DNA of 64,000 bases from NCBI GenBank assembly GCA_034670305.1, contig JAXMNT010000012.1, positions 1-64,000 on the forward strand. The letters are read 5' to 3'. The stretch's first letter is position 1; every line of letters begins with the position of its first letter. The stretch comes from Deltaproteobacteria bacterium (GTDB lineage Bacteria; Myxococcota_A; Polyangia; Polyangiales; Houyiibacteriaceae). The translations under genes were made by a program, and so were the position numbers. This document shows positions 37,717 through 47,674 of the stretch, one piece after another. Below the pieces are notes generated by a model. The model made no database searches. It worked only from the letters and a program-made list of their open reading frames with translations, and was not told where the DNA came from.

Positions 37717-38538
37717 CTAGCTAGCAGTCTCGTCTGGCGCGGGCACCCCGGGCGACGCGGCGTTGCCCGACGCGGAAGGAGGGGCCTCGGGCGCCACAAG
37801 CGCCGCAGTGCTGGCTTCGGGAACCGCAGTGCTGGCTTCGGGAACCGCAGTGCTGGCTTCGAGCGCCGCAGCGGTGGTCGTCGCGGCGCGGTGCTGCGCG
37901 CGTCCGAGGTGCACCCTGGGGCGCGCGGACTTCATCTGGGCTTCCGCCGCGTCGACGGTGTCCGCGTCGCCGCGCACCACCAGGACGATCGCCGCCACCA
38001 TCGAAGAGCGGCCATGGCCCGCGGCGCAGTGAATGTAGTGCGGCCCCTCCGAAGCGAGGACCGATTGCGCGAATGGCAAGAGCGGCGAGAGCGTGTGCGC
38101 GGTGCCATCGAGCGTGGGCAGACAGAGGTAGTTCAGGTCCGCGCGGATCGCTGGGGCTTCCAAGAACTCGCTCGTCATATCCACCACGGTGCGCACATCG
38201 GCGGGCATGCGCCGCCGCCCGATCAGACGGCCCACGTAGATGCCCGGCGCGACCAAGTCGTACGGGTTCTCACCGAGCAGCTTGAGCTGAAGCAGGCGGG
38301 TGAACTGAGACACCAGCAGAAACGGGCCCACCACCAGGTACGCCCACAGCGCTCGGGTGCCGTCCGCGCGTTTGCCGAACACACCCGGCCCCGCGCCTGC
38401 GTACCCGATCGCCGCGACCCCGAAGCCGAAGGCGAGCCACGCGGGTGCCCAGACGATCCAGGGCGAGAAGGGCACGAGCTGCCACGCGAGCAGGGCGAAG
38501 CCGAGCGCGCCGACCGCCAGCAAGAACGCGTACCGCAT
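37717..38538 (-). CDS. membrane-anchored dual-specificity protein phosphatase
   Basis: N-terminal TM helices; LPTLD; CX5R motif HCAAGHGRS. Confidence 0.9.
   Translation of the reverse strand: MRYAFLLAVGALGFALLAWQLVPFSPWIVWAPAWLAFGFGVAAIGYAGAGPGVFGKRADGTRALWAYLVVGPFLLVSQFTRLLQLKLLGENPYDLVAPGIYVGRLIGRRRMPADVRTVVDMTSEFLEAPAIRADLNYLCLPTLDGTAHTLSPLLPFAQSVLASEGPHYIHCAAGHGRSSMVAAIVLVVRGDADTVDAAEAQMKSARPRVHLGRAQHRAATTTAAALEASTAVPEASTAVPEASTAALVAPEAPPSASGNAASPGVPAPDETAS
37803..37861. repeat. 21-bp tandem repeat x3 (EASTAVP)
   Basis: ccgcagtgctggcttcgggaa repeated in the phosphatase tail. Confidence 0.9.
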
Positions 38539-38684
38539 GGTGGTGCGTGAACCACGCGTGCAAAGACGGCAACCGGCGCAGGTTGCCCACCCGCTGGTTC
38601 GGCAACCAAGCTCGATGCGCCCCGGTCGACACGTACAGACCGCCGTTTGCTTGCGCTCTTGGCTTCTGTGGTTGAGAACGGGGC

Positions 38685-39221
38685 ATGTTCCGCGTTGCTT
38701 TGATTGGTTTGTGTCTGGTCTTCGGTTCGGTTGCCGTGACGGCGCAGCGCTTCCCTGCCCCGCCCGCCCACAACGACCCGGGCCTCGAGCGGCCGCCGCC
38801 GCGCCCCGGCGCCGATGGTGCCCAAGACCGCGCCCGCGCCCTCTTCGATGCGATCAAACACAACGACCCGGAGCGCGGCATGGCGATGTTCATGTCGCGG
38901 GAGGTGTTTCGGCAGATCAAGGGCGTGGCGGATCCCGACCACTTCTACGACCGGATGCTCGCGCTCTTTCACCGCGACGTCGCGGCGCTGCACGCGGAGC
39001 TCGGGGAAGACGCGGAGCGCGCGGAGTTCGTTCGGCTCGAGCTCTCGCGTCGGCGCGGCTGGGTCGAGGTCCGGCAGGAGTCGAACCGGCTGCCCTACTG
39101 GGCACAGCGCCACAACTGGCTGTACTACCGGGTCGGCGACGACGAACGCCGCTTCGAAGTGCGCACGATGAACGCCTGGGACGACGAGTGGTACGTCACC
39201 CACCTCAGTGAGTTCCGGTAA
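38685..39221 (+). CDS. hypothetical secreted protein
   Basis: 178 aa, signal peptide, GC-typical codon use. Confidence 0.75.
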   Translation: MFRVALIGLCLVFGSVAVTAQRFPAPPAHNDPGLERPPPRPGADGAQDRARALFDAIKHNDPERGMAMFMSREVFRQIKGVADPDHFYDRMLALFHRDVAALHAELGEDAERAEFVRLELSRRRGWVEVRQESNRLPYWAQRHNWLYYRVGDDERRFEVRTMNAWDDEWYVTHLSEFR

Positions 39222-39266
39222 CTCCTAGTCCCTCTTGCAGTTCCTCCTGCTTCCGAGATCGCCAGC

Positions 39267-40706
39267 ATGACTTCCGCTACACTTGTGCCGATGATGCGCC
39301 GCTTCCTTGTTCGTGTTGGGCCGATTGCCGCTGCGATCGTGATGGGCGCAACCTTCGTATCCACTGCAGGCGCCCAGTGCCCGGCCGAGACGCCGCTGCC
39401 CGGCGAGGGCGGCTGCTACAGCGAAGACGCAGACTGGTACTGGCAGCGGCAGCTCTTCGACGCGATCGACTTCGACTCCGGCTGGGTGCCGGCCGGTGCG
39501 CCCCTGCAGGTGCGGGCCACCTTCCAGCTCGCGGGAGAGACTCAGATCGCGATGGGCGGCGCACCCACCGCGTCGTGGCCGGAACCGATCGAAGTGCAGA
39601 TCCCTGGACGCGACGGCACTGGGTACTTCTCGATCAACTACGGGATGGAGACCCACGCGTACTTTCGGTTCAACGTGGAAGTCGCCGGCATCCGCTACCG
39701 GTTCGAAGACGAGATCGACATCCCGTTCATTCCGGCCGACCTCCGATTCGCCGACGAAGCCGACTTCGACCCCTTCGAACTTCCGCCCGGACTCGGCGTG
39801 ATGCTGGACGACCGCACCAGCCGGTTCGCGCTCGTCGAACTCGATCTCGCGGGTCCGATCGGCATCCCGGGTGTGGGCGGCGGCTTCCGACTCGACACCG
39901 AAGGCGAACTTCGTGCGCACTACCGCACCACCACCATCGTCGTGCGCGACGCCGATCCGATTCTGATGGAAGACGACCTCACCGTGGTCGGCTCGGACCT
40001 CGGGGGTGAAGAGTTCGGCGCCAGCAAAGACCTCTGGGTGCACCCCGAAGGCGTGCTCGACTACGACGGGGCGCTCGTCTTCTTCCCGACGATCTTCTTG
40101 GACGTCGTGGGCATCGACTTCGACTACCCGCTCGCGGAGATCCCGATCGACATCCTCTCGATCATGAACGACGTGGTGTTCGACGACGTGCTCGTGCATG
40201 TGCCGCTGCCCGACATCGACCTGCCGGTGCTGGACGCGCCGGGCCACGTCGACTTCGGCGTGGTCGAAGTCGGCGCGCCTGCGACCGAACAGGTGGTGCG
40301 CATCGCGAACGAGGGCGAAGCCACGCTCGAAGCGATCCTCACCGTCTCGGAGGGCTTCGCGCTCTCGACGCCGGCGCGCATCAGCGTGCCGCCCCGTTCC
40401 TCCGTGTCCGCCGGTGTGCTCTTTCGCGCCGCCGCCGAAGGCCCGCTGATGGGCTCGCTCGACTTCCGCACCAACGACCCGGACGAACCCATGGTCTCCG
40501 TGCCGCTCCTCGCCACCGCCATCGCGATGGAACTCCCGGACGCGGGCCCGTCGGACGGTGGGTTCGGCGACGCCGGCCCCGACGCGTCCTTCGAAGACCC
40601 GGGCTACTCGGGCGGCGCCTGCGGGTGCCGCACCGTGAACGGCACCGAACCGGCGATGGCGCTCGGCTTCCTGTTCGCGCTGACGATCTGGCGCCGCCGG
40701 CGCTAG
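39267..40706 (+). CDS. MYXO-CTERM surface protein with ASH/Ig-like domain
   Basis: Signal peptide; VDFG.V.VG.....V.I.N.G...L...TNDPDEP Ig-like module; C-terminal GGACGCR...LALTIWRRRR sorting signal. Confidence 0.85.
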   Translation: MTSATLVPMMRRFLVRVGPIAAAIVMGATFVSTAGAQCPAETPLPGEGGCYSEDADWYWQRQLFDAIDFDSGWVPAGAPLQVRATFQLAGETQIAMGGAPTASWPEPIEVQIPGRDGTGYFSINYGMETHAYFRFNVEVAGIRYRFEDEIDIPFIPADLRFADEADFDPFELPPGLGVMLDDRTSRFALVELDLAGPIGIPGVGGGFRLDTEGELRAHYRTTTIVVRDADPILMEDDLTVVGSDLGGEEFGASKDLWVHPEGVLDYDGALVFFPTIFLDVVGIDFDYPLAEIPIDILSIMNDVVFDDVLVHVPLPDIDLPVLDAPGHVDFGVVEVGAPATEQVVRIANEGEATLEAILTVSEGFALSTPARISVPPRSSVSAGVLFRAAAEGPLMGSLDFRTNDPDEPMVSVPLLATAIAMELPDAGPSDGGFGDAGPDASFEDPGYSGGACGCRTVNGTEPAMALGFLFALTIWRRRR

Positions 40707-41656
40707 AGCCGCAGTCCGACGACCTCGTCTTCGCAGAACGGAAGGTCCAACCACGGCGCCCGCGGCCACTGCTTGATCTGAAGCGGGGTACGATCCGGAA
40801 ACGCGCCCGCGTCGAGCAGCCGCCCGTAGTGCACGGTGTGCGCCTGCAGCGAGAGGTCGCTCATCGCACACAGCTCTGCCCGCGTCTCTTCGCGGCGGCA
40901 GTCGTCGATGGCGTGCCCGACCGCGAGGGGATCGAACGTGTCCGGCGGGCGACACCGATCCCCGTTCGGGCGCGCGGGGCCCGGGTCGTTCCCGCCGCGC
41001 CACAACGAGCGGTTGTCCGGGTCTTTCTCGTCCGCGAACGGATCCACGGCTTCCCCGTTGAGCAAGACCGTCAGGTGCACGTGCGGCGGCACCCACGGAA
41101 AGAAGAGCACGCCGTCGATCGCCGAGAAGCCGGTGAGTCCGATGAACTGGCCGCGCGCGACTTCGTCGCCGACCTGCACGAGCGAACGTGCGAGGTGTCC
41201 GCTCATCGTGACGAGTCCTTCGCCGTGGTCGATCACGATCTTGAGGCCGCCGCGGTACATCAGGTTCTCCACCCGCACGACGCGCCCAGGCGCTGGCGCA
41301 CAGAGCCGTGTGCCGACCGGCACGACGAAGTCGGTTCCGACGTGGCTGTTGTAGGTCTGCCGACCTCCGCGAAAATCGCGGGCGTGGGTGGTGCGCACGT
41401 CGTAGCCGCCGGGAGGTGCGTCCGCGTGGTTGAAGAAGTTGAGGACCGGCACCCTCCGGTCGCGGGCACGCCAACCGGCCCAGGTCGCCGGTCCGAGTCC
41501 GGGCCGAAAAATCGCCAGGGAGCTCAGGCCCCATCGACTCGGTTCGCTGAACGCGTCGCCGACGAGCGCCCGCTTGCATTGTTTCAGTCCAGGCACGAAC
41601 GGCCTCAGACCGACCGCCTCGAGAGGTCCGACCCGGTGCTTGAACATGCGGTCCAT
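40703..41656 (-). CDS. M23-family metallopeptidase
   Basis: HVGTD (HxxxD), A.APG.V, IDHG.G..T..GHL, V.VGD.V.RGQ.IG, PHVH (HxH). Confidence 0.9.
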   Translation of the reverse strand: MDRMFKHRVGPLEAVGLRPFVPGLKQCKRALVGDAFSEPSRWGLSSLAIFRPGLGPATWAGWRARDRRVPVLNFFNHADAPPGGYDVRTTHARDFRGGRQTYNSHVGTDFVVPVGTRLCAPAPGRVVRVENLMYRGGLKIVIDHGEGLVTMSGHLARSLVQVGDEVARGQFIGLTGFSAIDGVLFFPWVPPHVHLTVLLNGEAVDPFADEKDPDNRSLWRGGNDPGPARPNGDRCRPPDTFDPLAVGHAIDDCRREETRAELCAMSDLSLQAHTVHYGRLLDAGAFPDRTPLQIKQWPRAPWLDLPFCEDEVVGLRL

Positions 41657-41964
41657 GCCCAACGATGTGTCGCTCCGATCGCGGACCGTCAAGTGTCACT
41701 CAGTGTCACCACTGGCAACCGCCACGAAATGCCTCGTTTGGCACGGTCGGCGTGACGTTTGCCCGAGCGTTTGTGACGGTGTTTCTGCGGCGTGAAGGGT
41801 ACACGCACCGTGCGCTGGGCGTTGCACGCGACGCGCAATCAGCGGACCTGTGCGAAACAACAGCCCCGCTGGATCGTGGGGACGACAGCCTGCCTGCATT
41901 CTGCAACACGTCCCCAAGCACGGACGTGGGTGTATTGTGTTGCTGCTCGAAAGCATAGAAACGT

Positions 41965-42879
41965 ATGCTTCCGATTCGAATGGGCGAGTGGGAGGACGAG
42001 CAGACGGTCGTTGGGGATGCGTCGCTGCTCAAACATGTACGTGCCCCTGGGCGCGACCGCGCCTACGTCATCGTGATCGCAGGTCCGAACGTCGGTGAGA
42101 TGTTCAAGATCGATGCGACCCAAGACATCGGTCGCGGCCGCGAAGCTGGCGTGTCGTTGACCGACACCGAGATCTCTCGTTTGCACGCGCGCCTCGTCGT
42201 CGAGGGCGGACAAATCTTCGTGCAGGACCTCGAGTCCACCAACGGCACCTTCGTCAACGGCGAAGCGGTCCGTCGGCAGCTGCTCGCCGACGGAGACAAG
42301 ATCCAGGTCGGCACGACGACGATTCTGAAGTTCAGCTACCACGACGAACTCGACTCCGAGTTCCAGCGAAAGATGTACGACGCCGCGCTCCGCGACGGGC
42401 TCACCGGTGCGTACAACAAGAAGTACTTCAGCGAGCGGTTGGACGCCGAGGTCGCGTACTCGGTGCGCCACCGGTCGGCCCTCTCCCTCGTGCTCTTCGA
42501 TCTCGATCACTTCAAGAACGTGAACGACAACTACGGTCACCTCGCGGGCGACTACGTGCTCTCGACGATGGCCGCCGGCATCCTGCAGAGCGTGCGCCGC
42601 GAAGACGTCTTCGCCCGCTACGGCGGTGAAGAGTTCGCCGTGCTCAGTCGCGGCGTCGATCAGGCGGGCGCGGAACTCTTCGCGGAGCGGCTGCGCGCCT
42701 GGGTCGAGACCTACCCCTTCGTCTACGAAGACCAGCGTCTGCCCGTGACCATCAGCCTCGGTGTCGCCGCGATGCCCGAATGCGACGTCACCGAACCGAC
42801 GTTGCTCGTCTCCGCCGCGGACCAAGCGCTCTACAAGTCCAAAGAGACCGGCCGCAACAAGGTCACAGTTTCTTCCTGA
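41965..42879 (+). CDS. FHA-GGDEF diguanylate cyclase
   Basis: FHA: IGRG..ISRLHA..DL.STNGTFVNG; GGDEF: D.LTG.YN, DLDHFK.VND.YGH..GD, RxxD I-site (RRED), RYGGEEF. Confidence 0.95.
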   Translation: MLPIRMGEWEDEQTVVGDASLLKHVRAPGRDRAYVIVIAGPNVGEMFKIDATQDIGRGREAGVSLTDTEISRLHARLVVEGGQIFVQDLESTNGTFVNGEAVRRQLLADGDKIQVGTTTILKFSYHDELDSEFQRKMYDAALRDGLTGAYNKKYFSERLDAEVAYSVRHRSALSLVLFDLDHFKNVNDNYGHLAGDYVLSTMAAGILQSVRREDVFARYGGEEFAVLSRGVDQAGAELFAERLRAWVETYPFVYEDQRLPVTISLGVAAMPECDVTEPTLLVSAADQALYKSKETGRNKVTVSS

Positions 42880-42887
42880 TTGGCAAG

Positions 42888-43153
42888 ACGGGCCTGGCCC
42901 GCTTCGCGGGACTGGCGGCCCTAATTCGGCGTCCAGAGCACCTTCACGTGCTCGCCGCCCGAGCATTTGGACGCAGGGAAGAAGCGATTGGAACAACTGG
43001 CGGCTGCGCGCGGTGAAGGCACTCCCGCCGCCTCTATGACGCACTTGGGGAGTGCACCAGTTGCTCGCCCTACGGGCTGCGCAGGTGCACGGGTGGAGCC
43101 GCCTGACTCGCGGGCGCTGTTCGAGGCCTGGCCCGCTTCGCGGGACTGGCGGC
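42888..43153 (+). repeat. ~270-bp structured intergenic element, copy B
   Basis: Direct repeats ggcctggcccgcttcgcgggactggcggc at 42891 and 43125; shared blocks cacgtgctcgccgcc, ggcggctgcgcgcg, ggggagtgcaccagttgctcg...ctgcgcaggtgcac. Confidence 0.9.
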
Positions 43154-43188
43154 TTCGCCGCGCTTGAACTGCGCGGTAGGCTCGGGCG

Positions 43189-44040
43189 ATGAGGCTTTCA
43201 GGGCGGGTGGCGTTGGTGACGGGTGCGACGCGTGGCGTAGGCCGCGGGATCGCGGTGGCGCTCGGCGCCGAGGGCGCCACGGTCTATCTGACCGGGCGCA
43301 CTCGGACGCCGCCAGACCACGCGCTCGGTGGGTCGCTCCAAGAGACCGCGGCCGAGATCGAAGCGCGCGGTGGGCAGGCGGTCCAGTGCGTGTGCGACCA
43401 CGCGAACGACGACGACGTGCGCGCGGTGGTGAAGACGATCGGCGATGCGCACGGGCGGCTCGACATCCTCGTGAACAACGTCTTCGCGATCCCATCCGGT
43501 CCGATGTTCGACACGCCGTTTTGGGAACAGCCGATCGGATTCTGGGACCGCATGCACACTGTGGGTCTGCGATCTCACTACGTGGCCAGCGTGCTCTGCG
43601 CACCGCTTCTGTTGGCCGCGGACGAAGGGGGCGCGCTGATCGCGAACATCTCGAGTTTCGGAGGCGCGAGTTACCAGGTGAACGTCGCGTACGGGGTCGG
43701 CAAAGCCGGCGTCGATCGACTGGCGCGCGACATGGCCCGCGACTTGCGCCCGCACGGGGTGTGCAGCGTCTCGCTCTACCCGGGCATCGTACGCACCGAG
43801 CGGGTGTTGGCAGGCCAGCTGCCGTTCTCCACGGACACGAGCGAGTCGCCGGAGTTCACCGGTCGAGCGATCGCGGCGCTCTCGCTCGATCCCGAGCGGA
43901 TGAAGAAGACCGGCAAGACGTTGGTGGTCGCCGAGCTCGCCAGCGACTACGGCTTCACCGACGTGGATGGCACCCAGCCCGCGTCGCTGCGCGCGCCCTC
44001 CCCCACCCGTGCGCAACCGCCACAAGAGAAGACCCCATGA
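43189..44040 (+). CDS. short-chain dehydrogenase/reductase (DHRS1-like)
   Basis: TGATRGVG, LDILVNN, ISS, YGVGK (YxxxK), LYPG.VRTE. Confidence 0.93.
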   Translation: MRLSGRVALVTGATRGVGRGIAVALGAEGATVYLTGRTRTPPDHALGGSLQETAAEIEARGGQAVQCVCDHANDDDVRAVVKTIGDAHGRLDILVNNVFAIPSGPMFDTPFWEQPIGFWDRMHTVGLRSHYVASVLCAPLLLAADEGGALIANISSFGGASYQVNVAYGVGKAGVDRLARDMARDLRPHGVCSVSLYPGIVRTERVLAGQLPFSTDTSESPEFTGRAIAALSLDPERMKKTGKTLVVAELASDYGFTDVDGTQPASLRAPSPTRAQPPQEKTP

Positions 44041-45200
44041 CGACCACGCTCGAAGACGCGCGTTCGCGGATCGACACGCTGCGCGCCGGCGCCTCCGACA
44101 CAGAACGCAACCGCAAGGTGGACGCCGACCTCTGCGCCGAACTCGCGCGCGCGGGGACCTTTCGGATGCTTGTGCCCAAGTCGCTTGGCGGACTCGAGGT
44201 GGCGCCGCGGGTGTTCGCTGAAACACTCGAAGCGCTCGCACGCGGAGACGCAGCGGTGGCGTGGGTGGCGATGACCGGTTCGACCACGGGCCTGCTGAGT
44301 GCGTACCTCCCGGACGAAGGCGCGGAGGCATTCTTCCGCGACCCCGCGGGCATCTACGCGGGGGTGTTCGCGCCGATGGGTCGGGCGATGGTGTGCGAGG
44401 GCGGGTTTCGGCTCACCGGCCGGTGGCCCTTCACCAGCGGCGTCGACAACGCCGGGGTGCGGCTCGGCGGCGCCCTGGTCTTTGACGAGGGATCGAACAC
44501 GCCCCGGATGCAGACGCTCGAGGACGGAACGGCGATGCCGGAGATCCGGTCCTGTTTCGTGCGCGCGGATCAATCCAACATCGTCGACACCTGGAAGACG
44601 AGCGGCCTTCGCGGCACCGGCAGCCACGACCTGGTCGTCGAAGACGTGTTCGTGCCAGCGGGCCACACCGCGGCGATCGTCGGCGCGCACGCGGTGCGCG
44701 GCGGCGCCGTACACCGGCTGCCGCTCTTCGGGTTGCTCGCCTCCGGCATCGCGTCGGTCGGCCTCGGCATCGCTCGGGCCGCGCTCGACGAAGTGAAGAC
44801 GCTGCTGGTGCGCAAGAAGCCCGGACGCAAGTCGGGCGCCGAGTCGGAACTCACACAAGTGAACTTCGCACGCGCCGAAGGCACCCTCTGCGCCGCACGC
44901 GCGCTGCTGCTGCACGCGCTCGACGAAGCCATGGAACGGACCGCACAGGGCGACCCGATCGACGGAGACACCAAAGCCGCGCTCCGGCTCGCGGCCACGC
45001 ACGCGGCGTGGAGCAGCGCGGAGGTGGTGGACGTGGCGTACCATCTTGGAGGCGGTGCGGCGCTGTACGACAAGAGCCCGTTGCAGCGTCACTTTCGAGA
45101 TGTGCATACGATGACGCAACACATCATGGTCGCGCAGCCCACCCTGAAACCGATCGGCCGGATCCTCCTCGGACTGCCGACCCAAACCGCTCAGCTGTGA
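44037..45200 (+). CDS. acyl-CoA dehydrogenase-fold flavin-dependent monooxygenase (HsaA-like)
   Basis: ATG at 44037 overlaps the SDR stop; VPKSLGGLE, G.RLTGRWPFTSG, DTW..SGLRGTGSHD..VEDVFVP, LQRHFRD.H..TQH. Confidence 0.9.
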   Translation: MTTTLEDARSRIDTLRAGASDTERNRKVDADLCAELARAGTFRMLVPKSLGGLEVAPRVFAETLEALARGDAAVAWVAMTGSTTGLLSAYLPDEGAEAFFRDPAGIYAGVFAPMGRAMVCEGGFRLTGRWPFTSGVDNAGVRLGGALVFDEGSNTPRMQTLEDGTAMPEIRSCFVRADQSNIVDTWKTSGLRGTGSHDLVVEDVFVPAGHTAAIVGAHAVRGGAVHRLPLFGLLASGIASVGLGIARAALDEVKTLLVRKKPGRKSGAESELTQVNFARAEGTLCAARALLLHALDEAMERTAQGDPIDGDTKAALRLAATHAAWSSAEVVDVAYHLGGGAALYDKSPLQRHFRDVHTMTQHIMVAQPTLKPIGRILLGLPTQTAQL

Positions 45201-46474
45201 CCGACGCCGACGATCCGCTGCTCGGGAAAACGCTCGGCGGCTACACGATCGACCGACGCATCGGGTCTGGCGCCACCGGTGTGGTGTACGCCGCCCGCGA
45301 CGCAGCGGAGCGGGTGGTGGCGGTCAAAGTGCTCAACGAAGCGCTGGGCCAAATTCGATCGTTGCGCCGACGCTTCGAACGCGAAGCGCGTGCGCTCTCG
45401 AAACTCCAGCACGACAAGATCGTGCACATCGAAGACTTCGGGGTGGTGGACGAGATCGTCTTCATCGCGATGGAGTACCTCGAAGGCGAGACCCTCGAGG
45501 ACCGAATCACGCGAGAACCGATCGACGCCGAGAACGCGCTCGACGTGACGCGGCAGGTGCTCGAGGGCGTTGCGTTCGCCCACGCTCGGCAGATCGTGCA
45601 CCGCGATCTCAAGCCCGCGAACGTCTTCTTGATCGGTTCGAGCGGCACGGTCTCGGAGTCGAACCCGAGCATGGAAGCGAAGGTCCTCGACTTCGGGTTG
45701 GCGAAGTTCCTGTCGATCGAGGAGCTCAGCCAAGAGGGCACGTTGACCCGCCGAGGACGCGTCGTCGGCACGCCGGCCTACATGGCCCCCGAGCAGATCA
45801 CCGGCGTCTCGCTCGACTTGCGCGCCGACGTGTACGCGGTTGGGATCATGTTGTTCGAACTGCTGGCCGACCGTCGGCCGTTCGATTCCGAGCGGCGGTC
45901 GAAGTTGCTCCGAGCGCACCTCTTCGAAGAGGTTCCCAAACTCGCTTCGGTGCGGCCCGGGCTCGTGGTGGATCCCGATCTGGAGACGGTGGTGCTCCGC
46001 GCGCTCGCCAAGGACCCAGCGGACCGGTACGCGGACGCGGCGGCGCTGCTCGAAGCCCTCGAGCCCTTCGACGGCAGCGCAGCCACGCTCGCGCGTCCGC
46101 CGCGAAAACGAAAACGAACGCGCGCGAACTCCTCGTCCGTCGTGCTCTCTCCCGAGGAGCTCGCCGACGCATCGTCGGAAGACGAAGGACCTGCGACGCC
46201 GGCAGAAGCGTCGGAGCCGAGCATCACCGCGGTCCGAGCGGACGTGCCGCTCGGCGGGCTGCCCAGTGTCCCGCCGCCCTCGAGCGAGACCACCCAGAAG
46301 ACCCGCACAGTGACAGCCAAGACCGAAGAGGTCTCGCGGACCAAAGGGCCACCCAAGCCGGGGGAACCGACCTGGCGAGACGCGGGGTGGGTGACCGTGC
46401 TCGTGTGGATCGTCGGGCTCGGTCTGATGGGTGCGGTGGTCGCACTCGCCGCCTACGCGACCACCGTTCACTGA
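45197..46474 (+). CDS. Ser/Thr protein kinase with C-terminal TM helix
   Basis: GTG overlaps the upstream TGA; GSGATGVVY, VAVK, HRDLKPAN, DFG, GTPAYMAPE. Confidence 0.94.
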   Translation: MTDADDPLLGKTLGGYTIDRRIGSGATGVVYAARDAAERVVAVKVLNEALGQIRSLRRRFEREARALSKLQHDKIVHIEDFGVVDEIVFIAMEYLEGETLEDRITREPIDAENALDVTRQVLEGVAFAHARQIVHRDLKPANVFLIGSSGTVSESNPSMEAKVLDFGLAKFLSIEELSQEGTLTRRGRVVGTPAYMAPEQITGVSLDLRADVYAVGIMLFELLADRRPFDSERRSKLLRAHLFEEVPKLASVRPGLVVDPDLETVVLRALAKDPADRYADAAALLEALEPFDGSAATLARPPRKRKRTRANSSSVVLSPEELADASSEDEGPATPAEASEPSITAVRADVPLGGLPSVPPPSSETTQKTRTVTAKTEEVSRTKGPPKPGEPTWRDAGWVTVLVWIVGLGLMGAVVALAAYATTVH

Positions 46475-46495
46475 CGCAGCTCGTTGAGCCTTGGG

Positions 46496-47617
46496 TCAGG
46501 TTTGTTTCATGCCCAGCGAGCCGCCGACCCGCCGGTCTCGGAGCTTCCAGATCCAACCGTCGTAGAGGAAGTGAAGCATCGAGCCGCCGGTGTAGTAGAC
46601 GAGGTACGCCACCGTGCCGCGCTGATCTCGAAAGCCGAGGTAGGCGAGTCCGAGCACGCCGATGAGAAGCGGCGCGAACACCATGGGCCGTCCGAGAAAC
46701 ACGGCGGCGACGGAGCGGCGCTCCGCTCCAAACTTCCGTTCGCTGAAGTGGTGTACGAACGCGAGGTACTCGAGTGCGTGGGCGGCCCCGAAGCACAGGT
46801 AGCCGACGATGGGTCCGTGCACGAGGAAGACGGCGAGCAACACCAACGTCGACACGAGGAAGATCGTGCGGGGTCTGCGGTCGACCTGTGCGGTGCGCTC
46901 CACCCGCCACCATCGGTACGACACCGTCCCGAGCACGACAGCGGTCACGGCCACGAGCGCGAGGTACGCCGGGTGGGATGTGTAGGGGCGGAGCTCCAAG
47001 ATGATCCGCTGCGCCGAGGTGTGCAGCGTGAACGTCTCCGGCCGAGCCCATGGCAACACGATCGCGAGCGCCACGATGAGCGTCCAGAGCAACGCTCGGT
47101 CGCGTTTGCCGTGCGCTGGATCTCGAAGTGGGCCGCCGGCGCGACCACCGTACGCGCGCAGGATCCCGTAGCGCTGTTGCACCGTGTGCCAGACATTCCA
47201 GAGCCCCGCGGTCGCGACCATCAAGATCGCCGGGTCGAAACGGACCCCGAAGGCCACCCACTCCGCATCGCGCGTCGCGAGGTAGAGGCAGCCGCCGAAG
47301 ACGACGAGCGGTGCGAGCACGAAACGGCGCGCGCGGGTGCGGAACGTGCTGCCGTCGCCGTACACGAGCAGGAAGGTGTAGTGGCGGTGCACCCAGGTCA
47401 GTCCGAGCACGACCGAGATGGCGAGCAGAAGCGCGGCCCGCTCGTAGGCTGGGTGCAGCGGGGCGCGACCGGCCCATTCGAGTCCGTCCCAGCCGAGGCC
47501 CAGACCGAACACCACCCAGACATACACCGGCACCCAGCAGAACCCGAGCAGGGCCACATCGAAGAAGCGGGACCGCAACCACGGCCGGGCCGCCACGTCT
47601 GAGGAGATCGCGCTCAC
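46496..47617 (-). CDS. polytopic membrane protein of unknown function (His-containing TM motifs)
   Basis: ~9 TM segments with H..YT, WH...Q.YG, H..EY, HF.YD..IW motifs. Confidence 0.75.
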   Translation of the reverse strand: MSAISSDVAARPWLRSRFFDVALLGFCWVPVYVWVVFGLGLGWDGLEWAGRAPLHPAYERAALLLAISVVLGLTWVHRHYTFLLVYGDGSTFRTRARRFVLAPLVVFGGCLYLATRDAEWVAFGVRFDPAILMVATAGLWNVWHTVQQRYGILRAYGGRAGGPLRDPAHGKRDRALLWTLIVALAIVLPWARPETFTLHTSAQRIILELRPYTSHPAYLALVAVTAVVLGTVSYRWWRVERTAQVDRRPRTIFLVSTLVLLAVFLVHGPIVGYLCFGAAHALEYLAFVHHFSERKFGAERRSVAAVFLGRPMVFAPLLIGVLGLAYLGFRDQRGTVAYLVYYTGGSMLHFLYDGWIWKLRDRRVGGSLGMKQT

Positions 47618-47674
47618 TGGGCCGCAGGCTGCGGCAAAACGCTGGCGCGCGCTACGACCTCTAGCGCCGAGAGC

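Noticed and set aside
41739-41756. sigma54-like TTGGCACG (also near 29510 and 58780 on the minus strand)
   Set aside because: The -12 GC is missing at the required spacing.
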